Source: Octopus vulgaris
Taxonomy: Eukaryota
DNA: 64,000 bases
Direction of reading: 5' to 3'
NCBI GenBank assembly: GCA_951406725.2
Contig: OX597820.1
Location: 25,358,001 to 25,422,000, forward strand
This document shows, piece after piece, positions 52,401-64,000 of this stretch. The position numbers and the translations under genes were made by a program. Numbering within the stretch: position 1 is the stretch's first letter; every line of letters begins with the position of its first letter. The notes beneath the pieces are model-generated. The model made no database searches. It saw nothing but the letters and a program-made list of their open reading frames with translations, and had not been told where the DNA came from.

Positions 52401-52554
52401 GCCCTGATGCAGTACCAGGCAGTGGCTCTCGTGGCTTCTGATCTAAACTGATTGGAAGTGTTATCATGTACATTGTTTTGTCTTGGTATAAAAGATGGGC
52501 TACAGCAAATATTCTGCTCTATACCACAGATTTGCTTGTCAGTTGTTTGACCTT

Positions 52555-52883
52555 ATTCTATCAGTATTTGGCTATGGCCAGCTTTATGTGGCCTTAAGTC
52601 GTACAAGAAGGAAGGAAAACTTTAAAATTCTTTTGAAGGAAACAAGCAGTCAAAGGATGTTAGGTGGGGAGAGATTAATTACAAAAAATTTGGCGCGGAA
52701 GTGGCTGTGTGGTAAGTAGCTTGCTTATGAACCACATGGTTCCGGGTTTAGTCTCATTGCATGGCACCTTGGGCAAGTGTCTTCAACTATAGCCTCAGGC
52801 CAACCAAAGCCTTGTGAATGGATTTGGTAGACGGAAACTGAAAGAAGCCCATCATATATATGTATATATGTATGTATGTATGT

Positions 52884-52927
<44 letters not shown>

Positions 52928-53233
52928 ATACGTTTGTATGTCTGTGTTTGTCCCCCCAACATTGCTTGACAACCAATGCTGGTGTATTTATGTCCCCGTA
53001 ACTTACCGGTTCGGCAAAAGCGACTGATAGAATAAGTACTAGGCTTACAAAGAATAAGTCCTAGGTCGATTTGCTCGACTAAAGGTACTGCTCCAGCATG
53101 GCCACAGTCAAATGACTGAAACAAGTAAAAGAGTAATAAAAGAATTATTAAACTAAAAACTTGGTTTTGTACCTTATCTTATATGTAAAATACTACAATT
53201 AGCTGCCATTTTTGATGGCACAGGGCCAGCTAG
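52555..53233 (+). mobile_element. Helitron 3' fragment (second copy) split by a SINE-A at 52691-53133
   Basis: VFGYGQLYVALSRTRRKENFKILL, 3' hairpin TGCCAT-TTTTG-ATGGCA, then CTAG|T. Confidence 0.88.
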
Positions 53234-55409
53234 TAATAATAATAATAATCCTTTCTACTATAGGCAGAAGGCCTAAAATTTGGAGGGAGGGGTTAAGTTG
53301 ATTACTCAACTGGCACTCAATTTATCAACCCCTGAAGGATGAAAGGCAAAGTCAACCCCTATCAGCATTTGAACTTCTGAACATAAAAGCAGACGAAATT
53401 CTGCAAAGCATTTTGCCAAGCATGCTAACAATTATGCCAACTTGCCTCCTTAATCAATGTTCGAAAATTGATGTAATATATATATTTTGCATAATATTAG
53501 TCATTATAGATATCAATACCAATTTCTGACATAAAAAGACACCATGCCCACTGATGTGTCTTGAACTATGTATCTGTCACTTGTCAGATGGCCACGTTAT
53601 TGATTAAATTACTACAGCCTGCCTATCATTCCACCATCTTCAATTGTGCACTAAAGACTCTTTGTTTTTTCAACTGTACTATTGTTTATCTCAACAAGAT
53701 AATCATATGACATGATTTTTTATTCGAGGAAGTTGTGTTTCTCTTCTTACAAGCATGACAATGAAGCAAAGCACAACTAGTTAAGACAGATATCATTATA
53801 TGTAACGTGACCATATTCAAGCAAAACTGGAGCCTCCATGTAACTATTCAGCCTGCTAAAAATAGCAGTCAAATTTTCCTGAAACTACATCTTACTGTCT
53901 TAAGTCAATAAATAAAAAGAGGGAAAGGACACATTAGACAATGTAGTCCTAGATGCCTCTTAAGAAATAGCAAAATTACAAACAGTGGCATAGTTATAAT
54001 TATAGTGTCTGTGGTCAGAAGTGTGGTTGATCAAGGTTGACCTGGGGCTAAACAACATTTGAGCCTTAGGTACTAAATAATAGAGCAGTTAGTATGGCCA
54101 TGATGGTGTGCAATAACCATTACCAAAGCATTGGTCAAGCACTGTCTCACTCAGTTATATCAGCCTTAGAGTTCTTATATGAGTAGAACTGACTAGACAG
54201 TATTGGTCAAGCATTGCTTTTGTCAGTTACCTCAGTGTTATTGGTCTTGTACAAGTAAATCTGACCACACAATGATCACCCAGTGTTTCATTCAATCCCC
54301 TCGGTATTGTAGCTCCTATATATAGAACTGACCAGACATCAGTCAAGCATTGTTTTAGTGTTATAGCTCCTAAAGAAGTAGAACTAACCAGATATTGGTC
54401 GAGCATTTCTTTAGTCAGTGGCTTGGTGGTTAACTGGCACTCCATCAGTTGCAGCAATGAAGGTTCCAGTTGATCTCATCAATGGAACAGCCTGATTGTG
54501 AAATCAACGTGCATGTGACTGAGCCCTCCACAGACACGTGTACCCTTAACGTAGTTCTCAGGGATATTCATCACGACACAGAGTTTAACAAGGCTGACCC
54601 TTTGAAAAACAGGTACTACTCATTTTGTCAGCTGAGTGGACTGGAGCAATGTGGAATAAAGGGTCTTGCTCAAGGACACAACGCGTCACCAGGAATCGAA
54701 CTCACGACCTTGTGATTGTGAGCCAAGTACCCTAACCACAAAGCCAGCACATGGCTTGATGGTTTGGGCATTGGATTCATGATTGTAGGATTGTGGTTTC
54801 AATTCCTGGACAAGGCAATGCATTGTATTCTTGAACAAAACACTTCATTTTATGTTGCTCCACTCCACTCAACTGGTAAAAGTAAGTAATCCCGTGAAAG
54901 ACAAGCATCCCATCCAGGAAGCAACCAAGAAACTGGCCTTTTGCTCCTTACAGATTAATGTGAATTAACTATTATTTTAGTTGGCTCTGTCCATATTTTT
55001 TCTATACACATGATATTGACCAGGGCTGCTCAACTATATTCACCACAATAACATTCATCATCATCACCATCATCATCATGGCTGTTAGTATGGCCATGAT
55101 AGTGTGCAAAAACCATTACCAGAGCATATGTGTGTGTGTGCGTGTATAAATATATGTATGTATGTTTTATGTATAAGTATATATATTGTTTGCAGAAATA
55201 CAAAAATCTGAGGGAGAAGCACACTCTGAGATTTAGAGCAGTTAATATTATAATGGGGAAGGCCAATAGCCAAGGCTGAAGAGAGGCAATTGTTTACTTT
55301 TGCGGTGCTTTGGTGACCACAAGGTGGCGGTGCGGCCAAAACTCAATGACCAATGGCAAAGGGAGATAATCACCTAGTGTATACTTTTATAGAGAGGCAT
55401 TTAAAATAA

Positions 55410-55444
<35 letters not shown>

Positions 55445-55923
55445 AATTATTGTATACAGTGCTCAGGTGCACCACAATTTTCCCCTCCTTATTTTGAAGA
55501 GGGCTTAGGCCAGCAGTGTTTATGGTCTGAAGTTACTCCATAAGGCTCAACCCCTTATGAGCGAGAAACCCAGGATAACCCCATAAACCGGACCCCATTA
55601 TCATATATATGTGTGTGTGTGTGTGTAGTCTTAAGTGTAACCAATCAGTTAAAACTTTGCCAAAAAGACAGAGAAGAGAATATTCTGTTTTTTTGCAGCT
55701 GTTGTGATCTTTCTTTTGTCCTACCTCCTTTTTTTTTCTCACAGCAAAATAAGTTTCTTTTAATGGATTTATAAATCAGTCGATTAACACATGGATGTAA
55801 TAGACTTGTTTAATTGCTTCAATCGTTAAACTTCAGCTTTGGTGTATCAGCAACTTCAAAAGTTTCAAGTTAGGTGTGTCAGTATCCGGTACTTAATCGA
55901 GTATTCATTTCATTGGTTTATAA

Positions 55924-56366
55924 TGTAGGAAGTGAGGTTAGCACTGGAAGGGTGCTTCACAATTCCTTACATAGTCGTGGAAAGGAAAATAGCAGGAACA
56001 AGAATCTCTGAACAAATAACAATATTTATTTTTCTGTCTGTACAAGTGTTACATCTCTGGACATCGGTTGCTTGGACGCCTTGGGGGTGGAAGCAGCAGG
56101 GTTAGTAGTCAGACACAATGATACAAGGGCATTCACAGACTCACAATGTCACTCGCCGTCAAAATTCCTGCTCCACGGTGCTGGTTCTAGTTGCATCCAT
56201 TTCAGTCGGCAGCAGGGGCAAAGAGAGAGAATAGCGGTCAAGCCTAGCTCCTGCTGATGACTGCGCATGTGCATAAGGGGCTTCCAGCAGGCCTTCCGGA
56301 AGACTAATCCCTGCGCATGCGTGGATGAAAATCCCAAAATGGCGTCTGGAACCAGGCGTCACTACA
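55924..56366 (-). mobile_element. Probable solo LTR (Gypsy/BEL-like)
   Basis: Ends TGTAG...CTACA; GC-rich island in AT-rich DNA; AATAAA on the minus strand (56026-56031). No clean TSD. Confidence 0.55.
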
Positions 56367-57944
56367 GTATTTACCAAATTGTTTTATTTGTTTTCATTCA
56401 TTAAACTAAAGCCCTGAAGGACTTAGCCAAACAAATTGACCCCTGTACTTATTTGTTAACGTTCGGTACTTATTCTATCTGTCTCTTTTGTTGAACTGCT
56501 AAGTTACATGGACATCAGCAAGCCAACAATGGTTGTCAAGCAATGGTGGTGGGGACAAATGCATAAAAAAATGCATACACACACACACACGCACACACAC
56601 ATATACACATGCATATAGTTCAACCAACACACAAACTCAACCACATATTTACAAACATCGACAATTCTCTAAACTCAAAAAGTCCTGTTGCTTTGTTAGC
56701 AACTAAACTGGTTGCTAACTCTCTCATGAACTTAAATTAAACTCATAGAAAAATCACACACATGCACACACACACTCATATATGGTGCTAAAAGTAGAAC
56801 ACAAGAGAATAGGAAAATAAAAAAAGTAGGAAATGTCTTTTACATTTTGAGCATTCACACTTCATCATCATCATCATCGTTTAACATCCGTTTTCCATGC
56901 TAGCAAGGGTTGGACGGTTCGACTGGGGTCAGGGAAGCCAGAAGGCTGCGTGGTACCTTAGGCAAGTGTCTTCTACTCTAGCCTCGGGCCGACCAAAGCC
57001 TTGTGAGTGGATTTGGTTGACGGAAACTGAAAGAAGCCTGTCATATATATGTATATATATGTATATGTGTGTGTCTGTGTTTGTCTCCCCTCCTAACATC
57101 ACTTGACAACAGATGCTGGTGTGTTTATGTCCCTGTAACTTAGCGGTTCAACAAAAGAGACTGATAGAATAAGTACTAGGCTTACAAAAAATAAGTTCTG
57201 GGGTCGATTTGCTCGACTAAAGGCGGTGCTCCAGCATGGCCTCAGTCAAATGACTGAAACAAGTAAAAGAGTAAATATGAAATCTTGTGGGAAATTTTTT
57301 TTAGATCACTGCAAACAGCAAGTTTATTATCATATACCCAAAGATGGTCACAGGTGGCTTTGTATAAAAAAAAGGTTAGTCAATGGACATCTTGGTTGTC
57401 TGGTTCATCAAACAACAAATCCCTTGTGTACAATTGAACAAAGAAGCTTCTAAGTGGTTGCACAACCTGTTATGAATAGCAGTCAAATCTCCTTCATGTC
57501 ACACCCCACTAATATTAAAGTTAGGAAACACACATTGGATAATGAGTTAACAAATAAAACATACTGTGTCTGAAAAAAGAAAGAAAAAGAAAAAAAGGGA
57601 AGGGATGGTCACAGCTGGAATGCTTTTCATCATAGATATACTTTTCTAGATCAGAGCTGATCTGGCACCAAACAACAATAACAACCTAATTCTTTGTATG
57701 ATTTACATATACCTGGAGAATGCTTTAATTCCACTCTTTTCTCGGTGTTAGCTCTATAACCCTTTAGCATTCAGTTTATGTTTTGCTTTGAATTAATCAA
57801 GTATTATCTTGTAACTTCAAGTTTTCAGTGATGTGATTGTTTATTTATAGAATGACATTGTAGGGTAGGTGTGAAAGGCCAGACTTTGCTGGTTTGGACA
57901 TAAAACTTGTAGATCATTCAGACTGAAACTGCCACTACCACAAC

Positions 57945-58540
57945 CACCTTATTTATTCCTCTAAATCTTTAAACTTCACCACCAACCACTCAATCACCAT
58001 ATTTATTCCTGTAAACCTTTAAACTCCATCACCATCACATTTATTCCTATAAACCTTTAACCCTTTTGTTACTGTATTTCTGTTGAGATGCTCCGTGTTT
58101 CTTCCAATTATTTTAAATATAACAAAGCATTTAGTAAAATAACATCGTTATCGTTGAGCTAGTGGTAGGAACATAAATTGCGACTAAGATTTGGTGGAAG
58201 ATTTGAATTCAAAACTTATGAAAACAAGACATTTGTACTAAAGAGCCAGAGCCGGTTTCAGCTGGGTTGGTAACAAAAGGGTTAAACTCCACCACATGTA
58301 AACCTTTAAACTCCACCATCATCACATTTATTCCTGTAAACCTTTAAACTCTACCACCATCACATTTATTCCTGTAAACCTTTAAACTTCACCACCATCA
58401 CATTTATTCCTGTAAACCTTTAAACTCCACCACTTCTATTCCTGTAAGCCTTTATAACTTCACCAATACCATCACCTGTAAACCGTTAAACTGCCACAAC
58501 CATAGGCATTACCTTATTTATTTATTTCTGTAAACCTTTA
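57945..58540. repeat. ~30-40-bp minisatellite (TTATTCCTGTAAACCTTTAAACTCCACCACCATCACAT)
   Basis: About 10 degenerate units, interrupted by a piggyBac MITE. Confidence 0.9.
58061..58281. mobile_element. piggyBac-type MITE (family 2)
   Basis: TTAA|CCCTTTTGTTAC ... GTAACAAAAGGG|TTAA: perfect 12-bp TIRs and TTAA TSD. Older relative at ~33011-33249. Confidence 0.92.
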
Positions 58541-59596
58541 ATTCCTAACCTGAGAACTTGGCTAAGGTAGATATCCAGTCTATTTTGATGCCATATGTTA
58601 TGTTAAGATATTGACCTAACAATGAAAATTATATATTTTGTCTATAAGTGCTTAAGTGATGATCATAAGTATGTTATCACTACATCCCATAATAGCTGCC
58701 AAAAACATTTCTTGTTTTGTTTTCGTGGTTAATGTTTCAAACGGTGTCTTTCAATCACTTTTCTAATTGCTTCCATCCCTCAAGTTATGAGAGAAGTAAA
58801 TTCATCAAACATTTGCCAAAGACACTTACAGCTGTTGCCAAAACAGATACTGATGTCAGTCTAATCTCTGGCACAAGTTGGGATTGTGTGTGTTTTTTTT
58901 TTAATTTTAATTTTAATTTTTATTTCTATATTCATTTACAAAAAGAAATAACATGTTTTTCTAACCATATTTCTAATGAAATTACACATGTCTATTTGTT
59001 TTTGTTAATTTTTAAAAATTAAAACAATTTTTTTTGAAGACTTTAGTAAAATAACTAACTTCTCTATAATGAATGGCATTGGAAAATTTCCCTTCACCCC
59101 AAATTAAGCTGGTGTTTGGAACTTGACAAAAGGTTCTAATGTAAATATCATCATTGTCATCATCGTTTAACATCTGTTTTCCCTGCTGGCATGTGTTAGG
59201 CAGTTTGACAGGAGATGGCCTGCTGGGGAACCGTCCAGATTCCAACTGTTTGTTGTAGCATGGTTTCTATGGCTGGATGTCCTTCCTAATGCCAACCACT
59301 TTACAGAGTGCACTGGGTACTTTTCTACATGCCACTGGCACGGGTGTGTTTACACAGCACCAGTACAAGTGCATTTTATGTGACTCCAGCACCTGTAAAG
59401 ACCTGCATATAAGGATGACAGTGTGTCTACTTAGCCGGGCACATCTCAAATACAGCAAATTGCTACAACTCCCAGTCCCTTCTCATTTCTTCATTGAAGC
59501 CCAGGATCCAAAGATCCTTTTTCACCATTTTCCTCCCACGTCTTCCTGTGTTTACCCTTTCCACAGGTTCCCTCCACATTTAAAGCTCGGCACTTA

Positions 59597-59935
59597 TCAT
59601 CATCATCCAGTGTTTTAAATCCAGGTTTTGTCCCTGTTAATGGGGGTGGCTGGATCTACCTCAATGCCATAGCAACTGCCTCCACACCATCTCGTCATCT
59701 TGCCTAGTTTTGGGCATCCTCCTTTTTCAAACCACCCCTCCCAATCTCCTCCTCCACCTGTCCTCCCCAGCACCTTTTCTTCGGTCTACCTTGCTTTCTA
59801 TATATTTTAATTTAGATATGAACACTTCAGAACGAGATGCCTTGTATAAATAATAACCTGGGGTGGTTTTAGACAGAGTTTACCCTTTTGACACCAGATC
59901 ACATGAGACCATCTCCAGTTTCTGTGATACCAACT
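59597..59935 (-). mobile_element. RTE LINE 3' fragment
   Basis: Minus strand reads RNWRWSHV...KQGRPKKRCW, followed by a (GAT)n tail. Confidence 0.6.
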
Positions 59936-61596
59936 TCCTTTTTTAAAGTGGACTAAGTTTGTAGAGGTGTGTGGCTTAGTGTTTAGAGTGTTAGAATCAC
60001 AATCGTAAGATTGTGGTTTCGATTCCTGGATCAGGCAGTGCATTGTGTTCTTGAGCAAAAACACATCACTTCACGTTGCTCCAGTCCACTTAGTGTGGAT
60101 TAGTGGTTAGGGAGTCAGACTCAGGATTGTAAGATTGTGGTTTCAATTTCTGGACCAGGTGGTGCCTTGTGTTCTTGAGCAAAAAAAACATCATTTCACG
60201 TTGCTCCAGTCCACTCAGCTGTAGAAATGAGTTTAGGCAAAAGATGGATGGGCTCCACCAAGCTTTCTCGCCCAAGATATGCTGCATGGCTACAGCACTC
60301 CAACGACCACCAAGGGGTTGATGAACTTGTCTTGTTAAGTTGACCCCTTCGCATTCAGCTTACTCTGTCAAATGGAATGCTTATTCATTCACATTGTTTT
60401 GAATGACCATGCATTATTATCTCATAGTGTAAGGTGGTGAGCTGGCAGAATCATTAGCACGCTGGGCAAAATGCATAGCAGTATTTCGTCCGTCCTTACA
60501 TTCTGAGTTCAAATTCTGCCGGGGTTGACTTTGCCTTTCATCCTTTTAGAGTTAGTAAATTAAGCACTAGTTGAACACTGGGGTCGATGTAATCAACAGA
60601 TCCCCTCCCCCAAAATGGCATCCCTTGTAGCAAAATTTGAAACCATTATTATGTCATAGCTTCAAGATTTCGATGATGTGATAGTTTATTTTTTAGAATG
60701 ACATTGTAAAGTAGGTGTGAGAGGCCAGATCTGATTGGTTTGAACATAAAACAGGTCAAATATTTGGGCTGGATATGACATCAATTATGTTCTATACACC
60801 AGCTGAGTAATGATAGTTATTTTACTATTTTCAAATTTGATTGAAACAAAGACAATATATTTCAATGTTTTTTTGGTAACAAAAGGATTAACAAGTACAA
60901 GTATTCTCACCATTGTTTTTTTTTTTATGATTTCATATTATTTCATTTCATCTCAGTTTTTATTACATATCAGGGAATGGGCTTCCGAGAAAATTAGTGA
61001 CATAATTATACTATCTTTTATCTACAATGGGCTTCTTTCAGTTTCCATGTACAAAATCCACTCACAAGGCTTTGGTTAGCCCAAGGCTATATAGTAAAAG
61101 ATACTTGCCCAAGGTGTCACATAGTGGGACTGAACCTAAGCCATGTGGTTAGGAAGCAAGCTTCCTATCACAAGCCATGCCTGTGCCTATGTATTACATT
61201 ATATTGTATTCCACATATTATAACGAAGATAAATCTCTTATGTATGTGGCACTATGAGTAATTGTCTTCTATAACCCTAGGCCAATCAAAGCCTTGTGAG
61301 GGGATGTGGTACAGAGAAACTGACGGAAATTTGCTGTGTGCATGTTTGTGCTTGTATGTCCACAATAGCTCTAAACAAATGTTATTATCATGCAAGTAGT
61401 GTCATCTGTTTCTAGGTCTTCTGTGGAAACATGTTCACACATAGGGAAATAAATACCTTAATTGAAAATAGGCACGGATTGTCTACAGGAGGGGCATCTA
61501 ACCATAGAAAATTTGCTTCAATAAATTCCATCCGAACAATGTAATCATGGAAAAGTGGATGTCAAAAAGATGATGATGATATTCACAAATGCATAA

Positions 61597-61638
<42 letters not shown>

Positions 61639-62009
61639 ACGCGTGCATTTGCGTGTTCTATTCTGTATATCTCAAAACAGTCTTAATCTCCTTACAAGAG
61701 TATTTTAGTTCTGCACAAACACAAAACTCACCAAAATAGTCTATTTTCCATAAATATCCAAGTGACTTGAGATGAGGTGTTGCTAATAAAGGTCATACTT
61801 TTTCTGGGCCATAAACTTCAACTTTAGAGAAGAAAAACTTTTGAAGATATTTTTCTATGCCTATTTACAATCTATTTGATTGGTTTCCAATTATTATTTA
61901 GGTATGGGGTAATGGACTAGATTTGAAACTATTTGTAAACTAACACCCTTATCTACTAAATCGCTGATTCATGTACAATTAATGTATATTTAGTAATATT
62001 TTCCTTTTT

Positions 62010-62155
62010 CATTATTTACATCTGACGGATATTTGTCCTCATCTTGTTTGTTGTTAACACAACATTTCAGCTGTTAGCAACAAACAAAATGAGGGCAAAT
62101 ATCCGTCAAATGTAAATAATGTACATAATTCCTTATCTCTTAAATATAGAACTGT
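62010..62155. mobile_element. Penelope-like pLTR remnant with 50-bp inverted arms
   Basis: 62010-62059 is the reverse complement of 62072-62121. Confidence 0.7.
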
Positions 62156-63327
62156 ATTTTCATTTTAATTCGATAATAATGGTAGTCATAATAATCCTTT
62201 CTACTAAAGGCACAGGGGCTGAAAATTTGTGGGCGGGGGATTGATTACATTGACCCTAGTTTTTAACTGGTACTTATTTCTCCTTCAATAAACACGATCT
62301 GATCTATGTGAGCATGGCTACCAAATTTCGTCTGCCATTACATTCTGAGCTCAAATTCTGTCGAAGTCGACTTTGCCTTTCATCCTTTCGGGGTCGATAA
62401 ATTAAGTACCAGTTAAGCACTGGGGTTGGTCTAATCGACTTAATCCGTTTGTCTGTCCTTGTTTGTCCCCTCTATGTTTAGCCCCTTGTGGGTTCTTGAT
62501 CCCCAACATTAAACTAAAAAGAAAGAAAACAAGAGTGAGCCATAACATGGTTGTTTGATCTGTTGGAAATAATAGCCAAATTTCTCTCAAATGAACACCA
62601 GCATTTTTAGAAAAGAAGCTTTGATTCACTCAGAACTATAGAAGATATTTCCCCCAGTGTTGTGATACGGAATGAAACCTGGAATAATCATCTGAATTGA
62701 CCACCAAGTCCTGAGCAACACATTAAATTGCATTTAGTGGCAAGGTCCCTGCTTGGGAATTCATAAGCCTTGGGAAGCATAGAGTTACCCATTAGTCACC
62801 AGAGCTCCTATGCCTGCACTGGCCCAGGATTTTGCTACCTGTCAAGGCTCCAATAATGAATCAATCAACAGAAGATTCAAAGGTGAACCACATTGGCCCA
62901 ACAGTGTAAGGAGATACCTTGATGTCTTGGGAGAGAGTCTTTTTGGCTAAGAGCTAAAGAGGTTCTGTGCCTCAAACGTAAATTCAGGCGAGCAGAAAAC
63001 TATCAGTGTAAATTGTAAATAAACTGGCAAAAAGCAACAGGAAACCACAGCTGTATCTTTCCCAAGAAAAATCAGTAATCTTCAGAATTTGGTATTGATG
63101 TCCACGGTTGCCAACACCTGTAGATATGGAGAGACAGGAGGGTTGTTAACTGTTATGTAGATTTGAATGTTTTACGATATGAGGTTTTAAATAATATCAA
63201 AATAATAACAAAGTCTGTCGTAATTTAACATACTGAGCCAAGTTAGGCGCTCGATCTGCTAGATATAGCAGTCAACAGTCCCTCAAATCATACCCAACTT
63301 TCTTTAAAAGGAAAAAAAAACATACAT

Positions 63328-63361
<34 letters not shown>

Positions 63362-64000
63362 GCAGAAAATGCACTCCTTGATTTCCCCCACCCACCAAAA
63401 GTCGAGATAGTCATACCTGGTGTCGATGTTTGCATCTACAATATCTGGGCTGACTTGATATTATTATATAACAACGTCGCTATCAAGTTTCATGTTCGTT
63501 AATAGTGTTCCACATGATCGCACTCGTTTGTTCATCCATGATTGCTTCCCTTGGACCCAGTGGAAGTCCAGTGGTAACGTGTGAATTGCGTGTATTTATG
63601 CTTGTATACATGCACACACACACACAAACATGTTCTTTATTCTTTTAGTGGTTCAGTCGATGGAACATGGCTGTACTGGAGCACCGCCTTATTTTTGTTT
63701 ATTTATTTATTAGTCTTTTTTTTTCAGCTTTATTTAAGTTTTATTGCTGAAAGTTAGTGTATAATTGAGTTTAGTGGCAGTTGACCTTCCTTGAGTATAA
63801 CCTTGTAGAGTTGGTTGGCTCGGTATTTTGATTACATAAATACATGCATGCATGTATGAATGGATGGATGGATGGTGATGCAAATAGGAAAAGTAGAACT
63901 CAAAATATGAGCGTAGGCGCAGGTGTGGTAAGTAGCTTGCTAACCAACCACATGGTTCCGGGTTCAGTCCCACTGCGTGGCACCTTGGGCAAGTGTCTTC

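Noticed and set aside
54125-54410. CRISPR-like repeat-spacer array
   Set aside because: Eukaryotic context, poorly conserved repeats, mutually similar spacers and no cas genes.
62918-63117. Minus-strand 200-bp exon with a good acceptor (ctctccatatctacag) and donor (AAG|gtatct)
   Set aside because: Stops in all three frames. It could only be non-coding, which cannot be supported without RNA data.
63910-63975. tRNA gene
   Set aside because: The A/B-box-like sequence is the head of SINE family A, with no complete cloverleaf. The same applies to all SINE heads in the window.

Overview
AT-rich, repeat-saturated metazoan genomic DNA. The tRNA-derived SINE families and the very high microsatellite load resemble Octopus (coleoid cephalopod); this is an inference from recall, not a database hit. 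The only convincing host coding sequence is a His/Gln-rich first exon on + (8634-9259) that ends at a GT donor at what looks like the start of an ankyrin repeat. The remaining ~55 kb look like a giant intron or intergenic DNA. Repeats include four or more SINE families in dozens of copies, CR1, RTE and R4-like LINE fragments, Penelope-like element (PLE) remnants, Helitron and Helentron pieces, mariner, pogo, hAT and piggyBac MITEs, a probable solo LTR and a U6 retrocopy. The most unusual items are: a Merlin-like foldback MITE carrying a telomere-type (TTAGGG) array; a U6 snRNA fused to a LINE-type 3' tail; minimal hammerhead ribozymes with variant cores in PLE remnants; an RTE LINE with a codon-precise twin-priming-type 5' inversion; a PLE GIY-YIG nuclease split by a ~125-aa Asn/Ser/Thr-rich insert; and retroposon insertions flanked by very long (~130-230 bp) direct repeats. 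There are no prokaryotic features. Most ORFs in the supplied track are microsatellite or SINE artefacts.
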